From: Amoebidium appalachense
Taxonomy: Eukaryota; Protista; Ichthyosporea
Length of the DNA: 64,000 nucleotides
Direction: 5' to 3'
Assembly (NCBI GenBank): GCA_963693365.1
Contig: CAVNZM010000011.1
Location: 3,081,098-3,145,097, forward strand
Positions 1-26,724 of this stretch are shown here, piece by piece; position 1 is the stretch's first letter, and the number at the start of each line of letters is the position of its first letter. Both the position numbers and the translations under genes were made by a program. The notes below the pieces were generated by a model, which was not told the DNA's origin, searched no databases, and saw nothing but the letters and a program-made list of their open reading frames with translations.

Positions 1-422
1 GGATGAATTTAATGTGACACGGCGTAATCCGTGTTGTCTTGTTGTGACTCGCTAGTGCTTGCTAACTTAGGTTAACTATGTACAGTTGAACACGTGTGTT
101 GGTAAATGTATGTATTATATTTAACTAAAGCAATATAGATCGACCCCCCCCCCCCCCCCCCTCCCCCCCCCCCCCCCGCCCTTGCTCTCCACACGCACCA
201 ATACTTCGCTTTGACCCCCCCCCCCCCCTCCCCTTCCCCGCCAAAAAAAAACAAAACAAAAAACAAAAATACATTGCTTTCCCTCCATCAAACAAAGATG
301 CCCACAAAAAATAAAAAGCACGCAAGAGAAGACACAACACAACTGTTATATTTGAAATCATTTAGTAATATTTACACCATGACTTACGTGGCTGTATGCA
401 CATCAACATTCCACTATATGCA

Positions 423-1301
423 TCATGCCAACAATCTCCTTTGGGCCAGTGCAGGCACCCTGTCATAGTACCTCTCGAGCGCATGCTTGCTTGCACCCCT
501 CAGCTTCTTATTGGCCACGCCACCAATCCCAAATGCGGGGAATATTCTTCCCATCCTCGCAAACATCGTCTTTGTGTATTCCGCACGCAAAAACCCCGCT
601 CTCTGACTGAAATTTGACGACGGGTTATTGTAGAGATCCAACCCAATCAGATGGAAGGGGGTGGAGAAAACTTGGAGGGCACACGGAGTGATTAGCTGAG
701 CAACCACATCGCCAGTAGATTTGCTCAAATTCCAATCTCTCTGCAATCTTGCCGATACGACTGGGGGGATCGTGAAGCTTGCTGCAATCGTTATCGAATC
801 GCGGAACGCAAAAAGTCCGTACGACAATTTCGGAAACGGGCGTGGATCACCTTTTCCAAACATGCGGGCAAACGCCTTGTCTTTCATGATCGAGAGCGTG
901 ATATTTGCCGAGGATGAACCGACGAATTTGGGAAACGCCGAAGGCTGCCCCTTGCGATTCCACATGCTCTCGACCGAATTAGCGACAATGTAGGTGCCCC
1001 CATAGACCCCCCAAATCATCAAAAATGAAGGTTGGCGGAAGAAGTACGACGGCCGTTTAAGGAGGGTTAGAAGGCCCGACTTTAACCCTTCCATGAGTGG
1101 TTGTGTGCCGCTTGCATTAGCAATAATCGACTTATCAACAATCGAAACGAGGGGGGCAACCAACCCAGCAGCGACAATTGCAGACAGCCATTCGGAGGTG
1201 TAGTGGGCACAAGCCGGAATGGTGGGTGTGCCTTCTGTTAGTGGTGGTGCAGTGGGATGTGTATGTGAGTGGTGTGTGTGTGAAAGCGTGAGTTGGGCCA
1301 T
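423..1301 (-). CDS. Intronless multi-pass membrane protein, S. pombe C365.16-like (putative mitochondrial membrane) family, 292 aa
   Basis: Continuous non-repetitive ORF with motifs recalled from this family: APLVSIVDKSII, WGVYGGTYIVAN, KDKAFARMFG, RDSITIAASFTIP, AQLITPCALQVFSTPFHLIGLDLYN, RIFPAFGIGGVAN; several hydrophobic segments. Confidence 0.8.
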   Translation of the reverse strand: MAQLTLSHTHHSHTHPTAPPLTEGTPTIPACAHYTSEWLSAIVAAGLVAPLVSIVDKSIIANASGTQPLMEGLKSGLLTLLKRPSYFFRQPSFLMIWGVYGGTYIVANSVESMWNRKGQPSAFPKFVGSSSANITLSIMKDKAFARMFGKGDPRPFPKLSYGLFAFRDSITIAASFTIPPVVSARLQRDWNLSKSTGDVVAQLITPCALQVFSTPFHLIGLDLYNNPSSNFSQRAGFLRAEYTKTMFARMGRIFPAFGIGGVANKKLRGASKHALERYYDRVPALAQRRLLA

Positions 1302-3792
1302 TTTTGCTTGCTGTTATAGCCTGAGTGGCGACCTGATTCCGTGAACTGTTCTAATAAGTAACTTATTAGTGCAAGCTCTGCCGTTCAAAAAAGGGCTCAT
1401 GTCCTGCCTCTCTGAGACAGCTGCAATGCATAATATTCCTGGTTGGTATGAATTGAAAGAGTTTCGCGGCCCCAATTCGCCTACCGTAGTTTCCATAACT
1501 ACACACTACCTAATACTAATCATAATCATGATGATAACTAACTCTAGGTATAATTCCACAGCCCCTTTCCCTGGTGGGTCGGCTTTGGAAACGTTCAGTT
1601 CAAGTTTGAAGAATGCACACATGTGACTTGAAGTTGTCATGTGTACACGCCTATTACGCATAATGGGGGTCTGGTACGTCCGCGCATAAGGTCCCCAGTG
1701 TACAGGAATGTGGGTAAAGACTTATCAAAAAACATGAGAAATACGGATATTTATTACAATCTCGATCAACGTTTTTTGCCTAATAAGTGATATAGGTGAG
1801 AGAACAGAAATCTTTTTATGTTATGCACTACGGGAAAAGTAGCAGCCATCTTTCTTATAAACAATCTTATAAATGGATCGTATTGAAATCTTATAAATGA
1901 AATCGTCACAATGATTGATCGTATTGACCGATGATAGTGTTCACGGTGGAGGAGTGCAAATGCTTTCTGTGACACCCTAGACATTCCCACTTCCGGGGGC
2001 CAGTACTTAAAATAAACAATCAGTTTTTTTAAAAAAAAAGCAAAAAGATAAACTGGTTTGCTTTTAGATAAAATATTGATGATATTTTCTCTTCAACAAA
2101 CACCTTTAACCTCTCTTCGTATCTATTCGGATTTGTATACAGAGAATGTAAATTAGAATTTGCCACACTCTGTTTTAGAATATGGTCCAAAGATCCGCCA
2201 CTCGTGCATTTTTAAAAATAACCATATCGAGAATAGTCCCATCTGATTGGCTTACATAATCCATAAACTAGGAGTCTAATTAGTAGTCAACTCAATCTAT
2301 ACATAGCTATGGCAATTATCATTTTATGTAGCTAGGGCCAGAGTACGTAATCAGAAAAGTATTCATGAGAAATTGTGCGCAAAACAAGAATATGAAGGTT
2401 TGATGTTACAGAATATGGAGCAATCATGGCATAAATAACAGGTTCTATACCATACGTACAATCCAACTTACCCAAAAGCACGGTACGACTGGACCTGATT
2501 CAGGTTCTGCGCGCGAATTGCGGCGCGATTTCCGATTCGAAATTGTCCAGCCAATCGAATCACGCTTAGTGAGGCGGGGCAAATCAACTCGATCGTATCA
2601 CGACCCGGACGCCGTGACCGTGATAGTACATGATTTTCCTAATTTTTGTGCATGTACATAATTTGCTGAGTATTACTGTGCTGCGGATGTATATTGTTAT
2701 GATGCGTCTGAATTATTTTTATTACTGATATACTTGTGACCATAGTATTGAAATAGCGCGGCGGCCGCGCGCCCGCGGTGCCGGGCCGGGACGGTATTTA
2801 CGCACATAGTGATGAGTCATCATCAATCCTGACTCAGGAGTCAGAATTCGGTCGGTGCACGTGATGCGTATAGCTATAGCACGTGACCATGCACGGTGGG
2901 GGCCCACGTGGGGCCGTCGGTGGGGGGCATTGAGCCTGGCTAAGTGTTTGTAACTTTATGGATGTAGCGTGAACCCGTTGCATATTATTATGCAATGCAT
3001 AACGTGCGTGTGCGTGTCGATTTTGAGGACGGCACATGCACATGTATGCAGATCTCGAGATCTGTGACGTGTCGTGACCCATGGCCATTTTGGATGTGTG
3101 TCTGAGTACACGTGTGTGTACACATGCGTGTCTGTCGGTGTGTGTGTGTGTGTGTGTGTGTGTGCAGCGTGTGCGTGCGTGCGTGCGTGTGTGTGTTGTG
3201 CGCGCACGCGCGCGTGTTGTGTGTGTGCGTGTGTTTGTGTATGGCGAGAGTATTGATTGATGTCACAGCGTTTCATTAGTCACTGTGGGAGAACGGCAGA
3301 GAACAATCAATTTGAAATTTGGTATTATTTCTCGTCACCTCTGGCCCAAATTTCGAAAAAGCCGTTCATGAATTCACCATACACACAAAACACAAGCCAT
3401 CCCGTAAAGTTTCAAACCACTTACTTCATGTTCAAGTTCTATATATTACGCATGCACAACCACCACTATTATGTGTGGCAATATCACACACGGTAACGGA
3501 TCCGAATGTTGGACTGATACTTGGTTTTTACACTGATTTTTTCTTACGGCATATGAAAAGAAACGAACACACACACAGAATCACACACGCACACGCGCAA
3601 ACACAGACACACGGGCACAGACACAGACACACACAAACGTGTGCACATCGATGCCTAATATTGGGAGTGTCCCAGGGACCCCCCCCCCCCCTTCCCTTTT
3701 TGTTTTGTTTGTTTGTGTGTGTGTGTGTGTGTCTGGTGTGTGTGGTGTTGGTGGTGGTGGCGGAGGAGGAGGAGGTGGTGGTGGTGGGGGGG

Positions 3793-3826
<34 letters not shown>

Positions 3827-4209
3827 CAACTTCATCGAAAAAATTCCTTCTACAATTGTCTTGATACGCATGTACCTAATAAAAGCGCTTAGGGGATATG
3901 CCGAGCACAACCCCCCATGCCTGAGGCCGACTTTCTCCCTGCCTCAAGTGTTTATTTATGCGTAAAATCCAAATCCATCTCGATCTCGACCAGTGGCAAA
4001 AAACCACGAATTATTTCTTGTCTTAAATACTAAACCCGCCAAAACTTGTCTGAATCCAGTCATTCAAAAGGGAAAATCGCGTACATATGAGAGTCTGTGG
4101 GTGCAAACATATTACAAGTGTTTCTATTTGCCTACTCGTAGCCGTAGAGGTGCATCTGCCTACGTAGGGGAACAAAGTGCACACTTGTGCCCATGTTTGT
4201 GCATGCGCG

Positions 4210-4284
<75 letters not shown>

Positions 4285-4328
4285 TTTGTGTGTGTGTGCG
4301 CGCACATACATTATGTTCGTGCTTGTGC

Positions 4329-4388
<60 letters not shown>

Positions 4389-4699
4389 GCGCGCGCACGT
4401 GTGTCTCTGCACGTGCGCGCTGCGCACGCGAAAGCTTTTGGCACACTCACTGACTACCTCTGACATGCAACTTTTTTTCAGTCTTGAATTGAGCCCCCCC
4501 CCCCCCCCTCCCCCCCCCCCCCCCCCCCCCCCCCTCCCCCGCTCGCCTCCCTCCTCCCCTTCTCCCCCGAACAAAAGTACACACACACACTCACATCCAG
4601 CAAAGCAAGGTGCTGAAGTGAAGAGTCCTTATCATTATTTCAAGATACATACCAATCAATCCCTGGAAGTGAAACTGAACGTGGTACATGCGGCCGAAA

Positions 4700-19057
<14,358 letters not shown>

Positions 19058-19103
19058 GTTCACGGGGCAAGGGGGGGGGGGGGAAGGGGAAGGAGGGAGG
19101 GAG

Positions 19104-19140
<37 letters not shown>

Positions 19141-20400
19141 GGGGGGGGGGGGGGGGGGGGGGGGGGAGGGGTCGAAGAGGGCCTATTGGGGAGTGGCCAA
19201 GGGGTGATGTCACTGTGCCATCACGATCTGGAGAGTCTTTCAACGAATCAAACGAGTAATAAGTAACCGTCGGAAAAAAAAGAACACAAACAGGAACAGG
19301 GTATGTACGTTAAGGGCAGAAAAACAAAAAGATAATTAAATGCAATTGCAAGTGACTATGTAATAACAAGTGACCCGTACAGTGTACAGTAGTTCAAGTC
19401 TGACCAGCGCGCAACTTGAACTTTCGCGCCGGGTAGCTATAGAGCCTGGGATGTTTCATCATGTTTGCGCAACCGACGACGCGAGACAGAAATTACCCTC
19501 CTCCAAAATTGCTATATGTGGGTTTAAGTCTGCAGGAAGCCATTCGCGTGCGTTTACAACGCACCATATTTAGGGCGCTCAAAACAAAGGAATGTGTGGA
19601 ACGTGTGGCTCAACGTGCACACTTGTTTGCGTAGGAATACTGTACAAGTGCCTTTTTTAATATATAAATAGCAATTCAGCGATTAAATATGTTGAAATGT
19701 AAGTGATATGTATTCTTTTGGCTTCTATATGTCTTAGAGCTTAGTACTTGTGGCAAAGTCTCATCAGAATCTATCAACATGTGCTGGAATGTGTTCATGT
19801 CCTCTCTTTGATTCGGACTGCTGATTGGCCGACAACCTGTTAGGCCCACTCAAGCCCAAAAGTAAAAGCATAAGCCAATTGTATTAGCTCAGCAAGCAGT
19901 AGCCAGAGATAAGAATAATTTTACTCATTAAACTAATGTATATTGTTTGTTATTTGTTTTATCTGGGGTAAGTTAACTAAATTACCCATGTGGCCGCCGC
20001 AACTGAATTCGTCATTGTGACCCCAAAATACCATCTAGAACCACAGGATTTAATTTGCTGTAGATCATGGGCAGTAAAGTTCATATGTTTTCCAGGCAAT
20101 AGCTGATTGGCTTCTGACCTGGTCCCCCGTTTGTTTAGCCGATATAAAGCTGTCGGATACCATTCCTGGGCCAACAGTCCCTACGTTTCGATTCCTTAGT
20201 AGTACGCATGGTCTTTCGGTCCGTTCGCTCTTTCGAATAGAACCATAGACACCACGTCTTTGAACTTGAGCTTAATACTGATTCTGTTGTCCACCATCAG
20301 TAACAAGTTCATTTTTTAGCCAAACCCACACACACCAACGCCTCAACACACCATTCAAAAACACCCATTACACCTCAGAGCTTACGTAGCCAGCTAGAAA
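19058..20400. promoter_or_regulatory. Putative bidirectional promoter region between the WD40 gene (-) and the lectin-like gene (+)
   Basis: Head-to-head start codons 1.35 kb apart; microsatellite-poor from ~19200; CCAAT/ATTGG motifs near 19824, 19876 and 20106. Confidence 0.45.
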
Positions 20401-22222
20401 ATGCGCCTCACAGCCACGGGCGCTATTTTGGCGGCCGTCATTGGCCTTTCTTCGTCTGTGACCACCATGTACATTGACCCTGACACATGGCAGTTCAGAG
20501 GCAGTTTAAGCAACAATAACGCCGCGTGTGTGGCAAACCCCAGCGGGAGTAACATCAATGCCCAGAGCTGCCAGGATATCAACACACAGCGGTGGATGAC
20601 AGGGTACAGGGTATCCAACCCCACCAGTAACTCAGTTGGGTATATCGTGAACTTCCGCACAGACAACAACCACCTGTGTCTCACTGCTCCTGACCCCACA
20701 ACCAGTACTATTAGCGACGTCCTGGGTGTGGCCATTACCCTGGAGACGTGCTCCGGAGATGACCCAACGACAAACGTGAACGAAGCAGACAGGCAGTTGT
20801 GGGACCTGCAAAGCAATGTGCCGGGGCTTGGCACAAACCTTGTTCCGCTCATGACCATCAAGCTTAATGATGGCAACACCTACTGTGCCGACATATGCAC
20901 AGCAATACCTACCGGCCTTTGTCTGTACAAAAGCACGGGGGCTACAGGCAACCGGCCCTGCACGAAGACAGGAACCAACGGCATTTCTGGTATCTTCACG
21001 CCACAGGCATCGTCCAGTGTGGGCCCTACCTCGTCAGTGATCTCCACCACGCAGACTTACAGGTGGGTACTATAGTTGCTGCAATGTTTTGTGGTGGTAA
21101 TGACGGGACAAGGCACATCGCTGAAGCATTGCTTGAGCTGCAGGTCGAAAACACAAGCGTGAGCTGCCTGGTCACAGACTGCTGTGTATGTTGCAGTATA
21201 TGGGTTTATTATAAAACCCTGTGAATTTGGATGCTCTGGATTAGTGGGAAAAAGTGTTGGGGACTTTGAAGGGCAGGGCCCTTTTTGGGGGGGGGGGAGG
21301 GGGGAGGGGAGAGGGGGAGGGGGGGGGGGGGGAGGGGGTTGGGTTGGGAGGTGTTTGCAAGTCTTAGAGCGGATGGGATATGAAGCAACAAGGCCTTTAA
21401 TATTACTAATACTTGCGTTTTCATGCACACAGTGCCACGACCACAACCACCGTGACAGCCACTGGCGGCACGACCACTTTCACCTCCGACTTCTCCACCA
21501 CGGTCACCACCACCACTGCCACTGTGGGTGTCTTTACAAACACGGTCACACAGAACCTCGACCCCTCTGTTGTTACCATCACCCAGAACACGGTCACAAC
21601 AACCGTGGTCGTCACAACGACGACCGTTACTGTTAGCGACGGCGGCTTTCCCACGATACCAATTTTCCCGACTCAACCCACCACGGACCTCGTTCCCCCC
21701 TTCACAACTTCCTCTTCTAACCCCTTCTTCCCGCCTTTTGTGACTGATTCCACCACTACCTCCAACCCGTTTACTTTCCCGGCCCCCACTTTCAGGGAGC
21801 GCGATTTCCCGTTGACAGACGCTGTTATTGCCACCGAGATCGTTTATGTGATCCCTCAGCCCGCTACCACCCTCACAACAACTCTCACGGTTGGCGGATT
21901 GTTCTACACGCAACAGGGTCCCGTTCAGGCCCTATTCACCACTCTGGCCCCGGTGCAGCGCCGAGAGGTGGCTGCAAACATCAAAAATCCGATTAACAAA
22001 TTCGTGTTTGTGCCTCACGAACAGCGGTTTGCCTATTCGATTCAGATCGGAGAGTACAGCGCACAGTGGTGGAGCGATAATTGGATGGCGGTTGCTATGG
22101 TGGGGAGTGCTCTGGTTGGTACGGTGGTGGCTTCAGCGATGCTGATGGTGCGTGTGCTGGTGGAGAAGAAGAGGCAGAGGATGATGGAGGCGCAGGCTCT
22201 CACCCAGTCGGAGGGTCGGTGA
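20401..22222 (+). CDS. Type-I membrane glycoprotein (~483 aa): signal peptide, Cys-rich ricin-B-lectin-like domain, Thr-rich mucin-like stalk, TM helix, short tail; 2 exons (20401-21062, 21433-22222)
   Basis: Signal peptide MRLTATGAILAAVIGLSSS; QxW-like and Cys motifs (CVA..SCQ..QRW, LCLTA..LETC..RQLWD, YCAD). Donor AG|gtgggt at 21063 and acceptor cacag| at 21432 join the two ORFs in frame. TM segment AVAMVGSALVGTVVASAMLMVRVLV followed by EKKRQR. Confidence 0.8.
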
Positions 22223-22384
22223 GATTTTTCTTGGAAGTTTAGTTTTGAATTTTCAAAATGTGTGCAAATTTAGGTGATGCACCTGAATGGTAGGTGCAGC
22301 GATTTGTGTGAAACTGTACCGGGTTTGAGATTTGAGCTGCTGGATCAGCAAATTGCCAATTTGTTCTTTTGTTCTTTTTTTTTT

Positions 22385-22433
<49 letters not shown>

Positions 22434-22979
22434 TAATCATGCCACCGTTTTAAAGCACCTACTAGTTTCGATAGGATAGGATAGAATGTGATGTGCCATG
22501 TCCTGATACTTTTAAGGTTTTTCGGCCTAAGTCCTGGTAAGTAGGGTTTTCACAAGTTTGGCTGCTCGTTTCATACATCAAGGTGCCTCGATTTGCCTTT
22601 TTTTTTTTTTTAGGTTTCATGTTTGAATTCCATCCCCTTCGTTTTTGGGCCAGACCCTGAGTCGCCTGTGGCGATGCACACATGTTGCCCATAAGGCTTT
22701 CACTGATAAAGCTTATACAATGAGTCCTGGCTGTGTGTGATGGCTTTGCTCAGCGTAAACGTGGCATGTGCCTATCGTGCCTCAGGGTCTGTCCATCAAT
22801 TACCTTTTCAGTTCTACGCCCTCCCCTCCCCCCCCCTTCTCCCTCTTCCCCCCCAACCTTCTCCCCCCCCCCCCCCCCCCCGGCCCCTGCTTCCTCTCCG
22901 GAAGTTCCCTACCCCCCTCCCCCTCCTCCCCCCCCCCCCCCCCCCCTCCCCCGCCCCTGCTTCCTTTCCGAAAGTTCCC

Positions 22980-23040
<61 letters not shown>

Positions 23041-23876
23041 CCCCCCCCCCCCCCCCCCTCCCCCGGTCCTCCTCCTCCTCGGAGCCCCCTTCAACTCTAC
23101 CCGTTGACTCGTAGCACCTAAGTACACAGGCCATAGCCATTTTGCTTGATGAAAGCACAACCACGTCATCACCCACCGTGTTTTTATTGCGTGCACACGT
23201 GTGCACACAGGAACCAATACACACATACAGACTCATGCACAATGCAAACACCCACACATGTGCTCTGGGGGCCAGCTGGCATCCCGTGGCACACACGCAT
23301 AGGCAAAAATACGCAATGTTAGAACAGAACAAGCTGCGAGATACGGTACACATAGGCACAAACACACATGCAACGAAAACTCGCTTTTGGGTGCCCATCG
23401 CACGCTAGGGGCATAATGAAAGACCATAAGGTCAAGTTTTTGGCCCTTCCCCTCTCTCTCCCCCCCCCCCCCCCTCCCCCTCCTCTCCCCCCCTGCCCCC
23501 CTTCCCCCTTCCCCACTCTCACCTCTCACCCCTCCTCTCCCCACCACCACCAACCCCACCTCCCCTCGTCCTCTCCATGCAACTTTCCCAGATACTGTAT
23601 ACTTATCCTCCTTCATATGAACCTTCACTCCCGTTGAGGTCATCACTCACATCCTTGAGTGCCCGCGTGCCTGTGTGCATGGATTCATGGATTCACCATG
23701 AAGGCCGTGGGGTTGGGGGGCTAGCTTGCTACATCGTGCACTGTGCCCGTCCACGCCGAAGATTCTACAGAACCTAACTGTTGGTGGGATGTATGCGGAT
23801 TTTTACGTCATTTGGAGGGTGAGACAACGGTTGTCTCCCGGATGATGGTCTTGTTGCCGGGGACTGGTGGGTGGGT

Positions 23877-23918
<42 letters not shown>

Positions 23919-24928
23919 CGGCCTAGGTGGCAGAAGGTGCACTGAGATGCTATCGGGGTGTATGGGTGTGGAGGGGGGAAGGGGGAAACAGGAGGGGAAG
24001 AGAAGGGGGGGGAGAGGGGGGTGAGAGACACCGAGGGGGCTAGAGACGTATGCGGGGAAAAGGGGAGGGTAGGGTGGTTAGGGGAGGGAGGGGGAGGCGG
24101 GGGGAGCGAGGGAGAGGAAAAGCTCCGAGAGGGCTAGCGGGCCAAGATCTAGCGGTGTTCCGGGATCCGAAGCCGTTTCCGTGAGGGGTGGGGGGAGGTG
24201 GGGGTTGGGGATGGGGGTGGTGGTGGTGGGTGGGGGGCCGGGGTGGGGGGGGGGGGGGGGGGGGGGTATGGGCATGCAGTCATGGTGTTCAATGAGATGT
24301 GTGTGTGTGTGTGTGTATGTGCACGTGTTTGTGTGTCACGGTGTGTGTGGGTAGTAGGTGCGTGCGCACACGCCCACTTGCGTGTGTGGCTTTGAGATGC
24401 ATGTACTTTAGCTAGGCAGGGGGGGCGAGAAGGAAGGGGCCAGAGGAATTCAAACAGCCTGATGAAAAACAAACATAAAGACCGCGTGCCATGCAGCATG
24501 ATATTGTAATTTTTTGCAGGGAGAACATTTTTAGTCTTTCCTGAGGACTCTGACACGCCGTGTAAAGGAGACCCTGGGGGGAGGGGGGGAGGGGGGGGGG
24601 GGCTATTCACTGTAACAATGTTCCGGAATTAGGAACGTCAACGGAACATTGAAATATTGGCCGAGTCATCTTGGAAGGACGGTAAACAGAAAACTTCTGG
24701 CCGAACACACACTGTATGTTTTGAATTGTTCATATGGTATCCCTTCCCACGGCCTTTATTTTAATATGAAATCCAACTAGAGTCCATGAAAACGCTTATC
24801 AGGATTAGCAACCTCGGACATTTATCTGACCTGGCCTGCAACCAAAACTCAAATAAAAGATTCGACGACTCAACGGCAGTGTATGTAATGGGGTTCACGG
24901 CAGGTGTGCTTGTGATTGTGTGTGTCAG

Positions 24929-24959
<31 letters not shown>

Positions 24960-25246
24960 CTATTCTGTATGTGTATGTGTTTGTCAAGTGGGTGTGTGTG
25001 TGGGCGCGCGTTCGTGTTTATGTAATTTTGAGAGTGGTGGTGGTGGTGGTGGGGGGGGGGGGGGGGGGGGGGGGAAGAGGGGGGGGGGGGAAGAGGGGGG
25101 GGGGGGGAAGGGGGGGGGGGAGGCTGGGGGGGAGGGGCCGAGGAGAGAGGAGGAGCCAGGACTGGGGAGGGACGGGGACGGGGGTAATGGACCGGGATTC
25201 GTGACTGTGGGGTGGTGGATCCCCCTTTTCCTTCCCTCCTCGAGCT

Positions 25247-25281
<35 letters not shown>

Positions 25282-25627
25282 TACACGCCCTCCGAGCCAT
25301 CCCCCCCCTCCTGCTATCCCACCCGCTCCCTCCCCACTGGGCGCCAACCCATCTGATGAAGGCTGCATTGGTCCCCCCCCTCCCCTCCCCCCCCCCCTCC
25401 CCCCCCCCCCCCCCCTTTTCCCCCGGGTTCCCCTAGTGGACCCAGGGTCCTTCTAACTTAGTATCGTCCTCCCCTCAGACTCTCTTTTACAATCATGTCT
25501 CTTACCCCCTTCTCCCCCCTCTTCCCTTCCCACACTCCCTCCCCACCTCCGGGACCCCCCTCCCCCCCAAGGCAGCCAAAACATCCACACCGTACACACA
25601 CACGCACGCACGCACGCACGCACGCAC

Positions 25628-25680
<53 letters not shown>

Positions 25681-25854
25681 GGCAAACAGACACACTCACA
25701 CACACCCACTGTGACCCTAAATTTCAATAAAAACTTTACATATTGAAAGTTGACATAAACTTCATAATTGTATCAATAGTTACGGTGTGCGCTGTGTGTG
25801 TCGCAGGCTGTGTTTATTTTTGTGTGTGTGTGTGTAGGTGTCTGTGTGTGTCAC

Positions 25855-26005
<151 letters not shown>

Positions 26006-26724
26006 AGTGTGTGTGTATGAGTGCGTGTGCGTGCCACCGGTACCTCATGCCGCGTGCATGTGTGCTTCTGCGGGACAGAAACACAGTGCACGGGCGCACG
26101 TGCACATGCACGCACGCACACGTGCACACGCACACACACACGCACACACACACACACACACATGCACGCACATATGCACACTACTGTACATATCACACGT
26201 ACACACACCAGGCACAGGCACAAACATACAAGCCACACATGCACGAATATCATTGTCATACGGTATATATACCATGCCACCACTGAACCACGGTAGTGAT
26301 GATGTTACAGTGTACGAGGTGACTGCCACATACGCAATGCATACACTTTGCCCTACGATATAAGGAAACTGCAAAAAACCGTTTTTACGAAAGGTAGCCC
26401 TACGTGGACGGGCGATCGTGCAACCCTGCATCAGGTGCACGTGCTCCGAGTGACTCACGCGGCCTCAGCGAGCAAGCCGGTCCCGGGAGCAATATGATGG
26501 TTAGATAGCTGACCAATCGGGTGCTTCACACATAAATTTTACATCAGATACCCTTACTTGTGCCATCAGCAAGGGGGGGCCAACGGGAAAAGTTGCATGT
26601 ACATGTGACATTTTTAGAATGGTGCCACAGTAACATTGTAATTCATTCACAGCGTAGAGCTGCCTAATGGTACAGAAATGATATTGCTGCGTCTTCTTGG
26701 ATTCAACGCACATATATACTCTGT

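Noticed and set aside
26690-26712. LLGFNAH as the APE GDFN motif
   Set aside because: It lacks the catalytic Asp and is separated from the ORF by a stop or frame change; could be chance.
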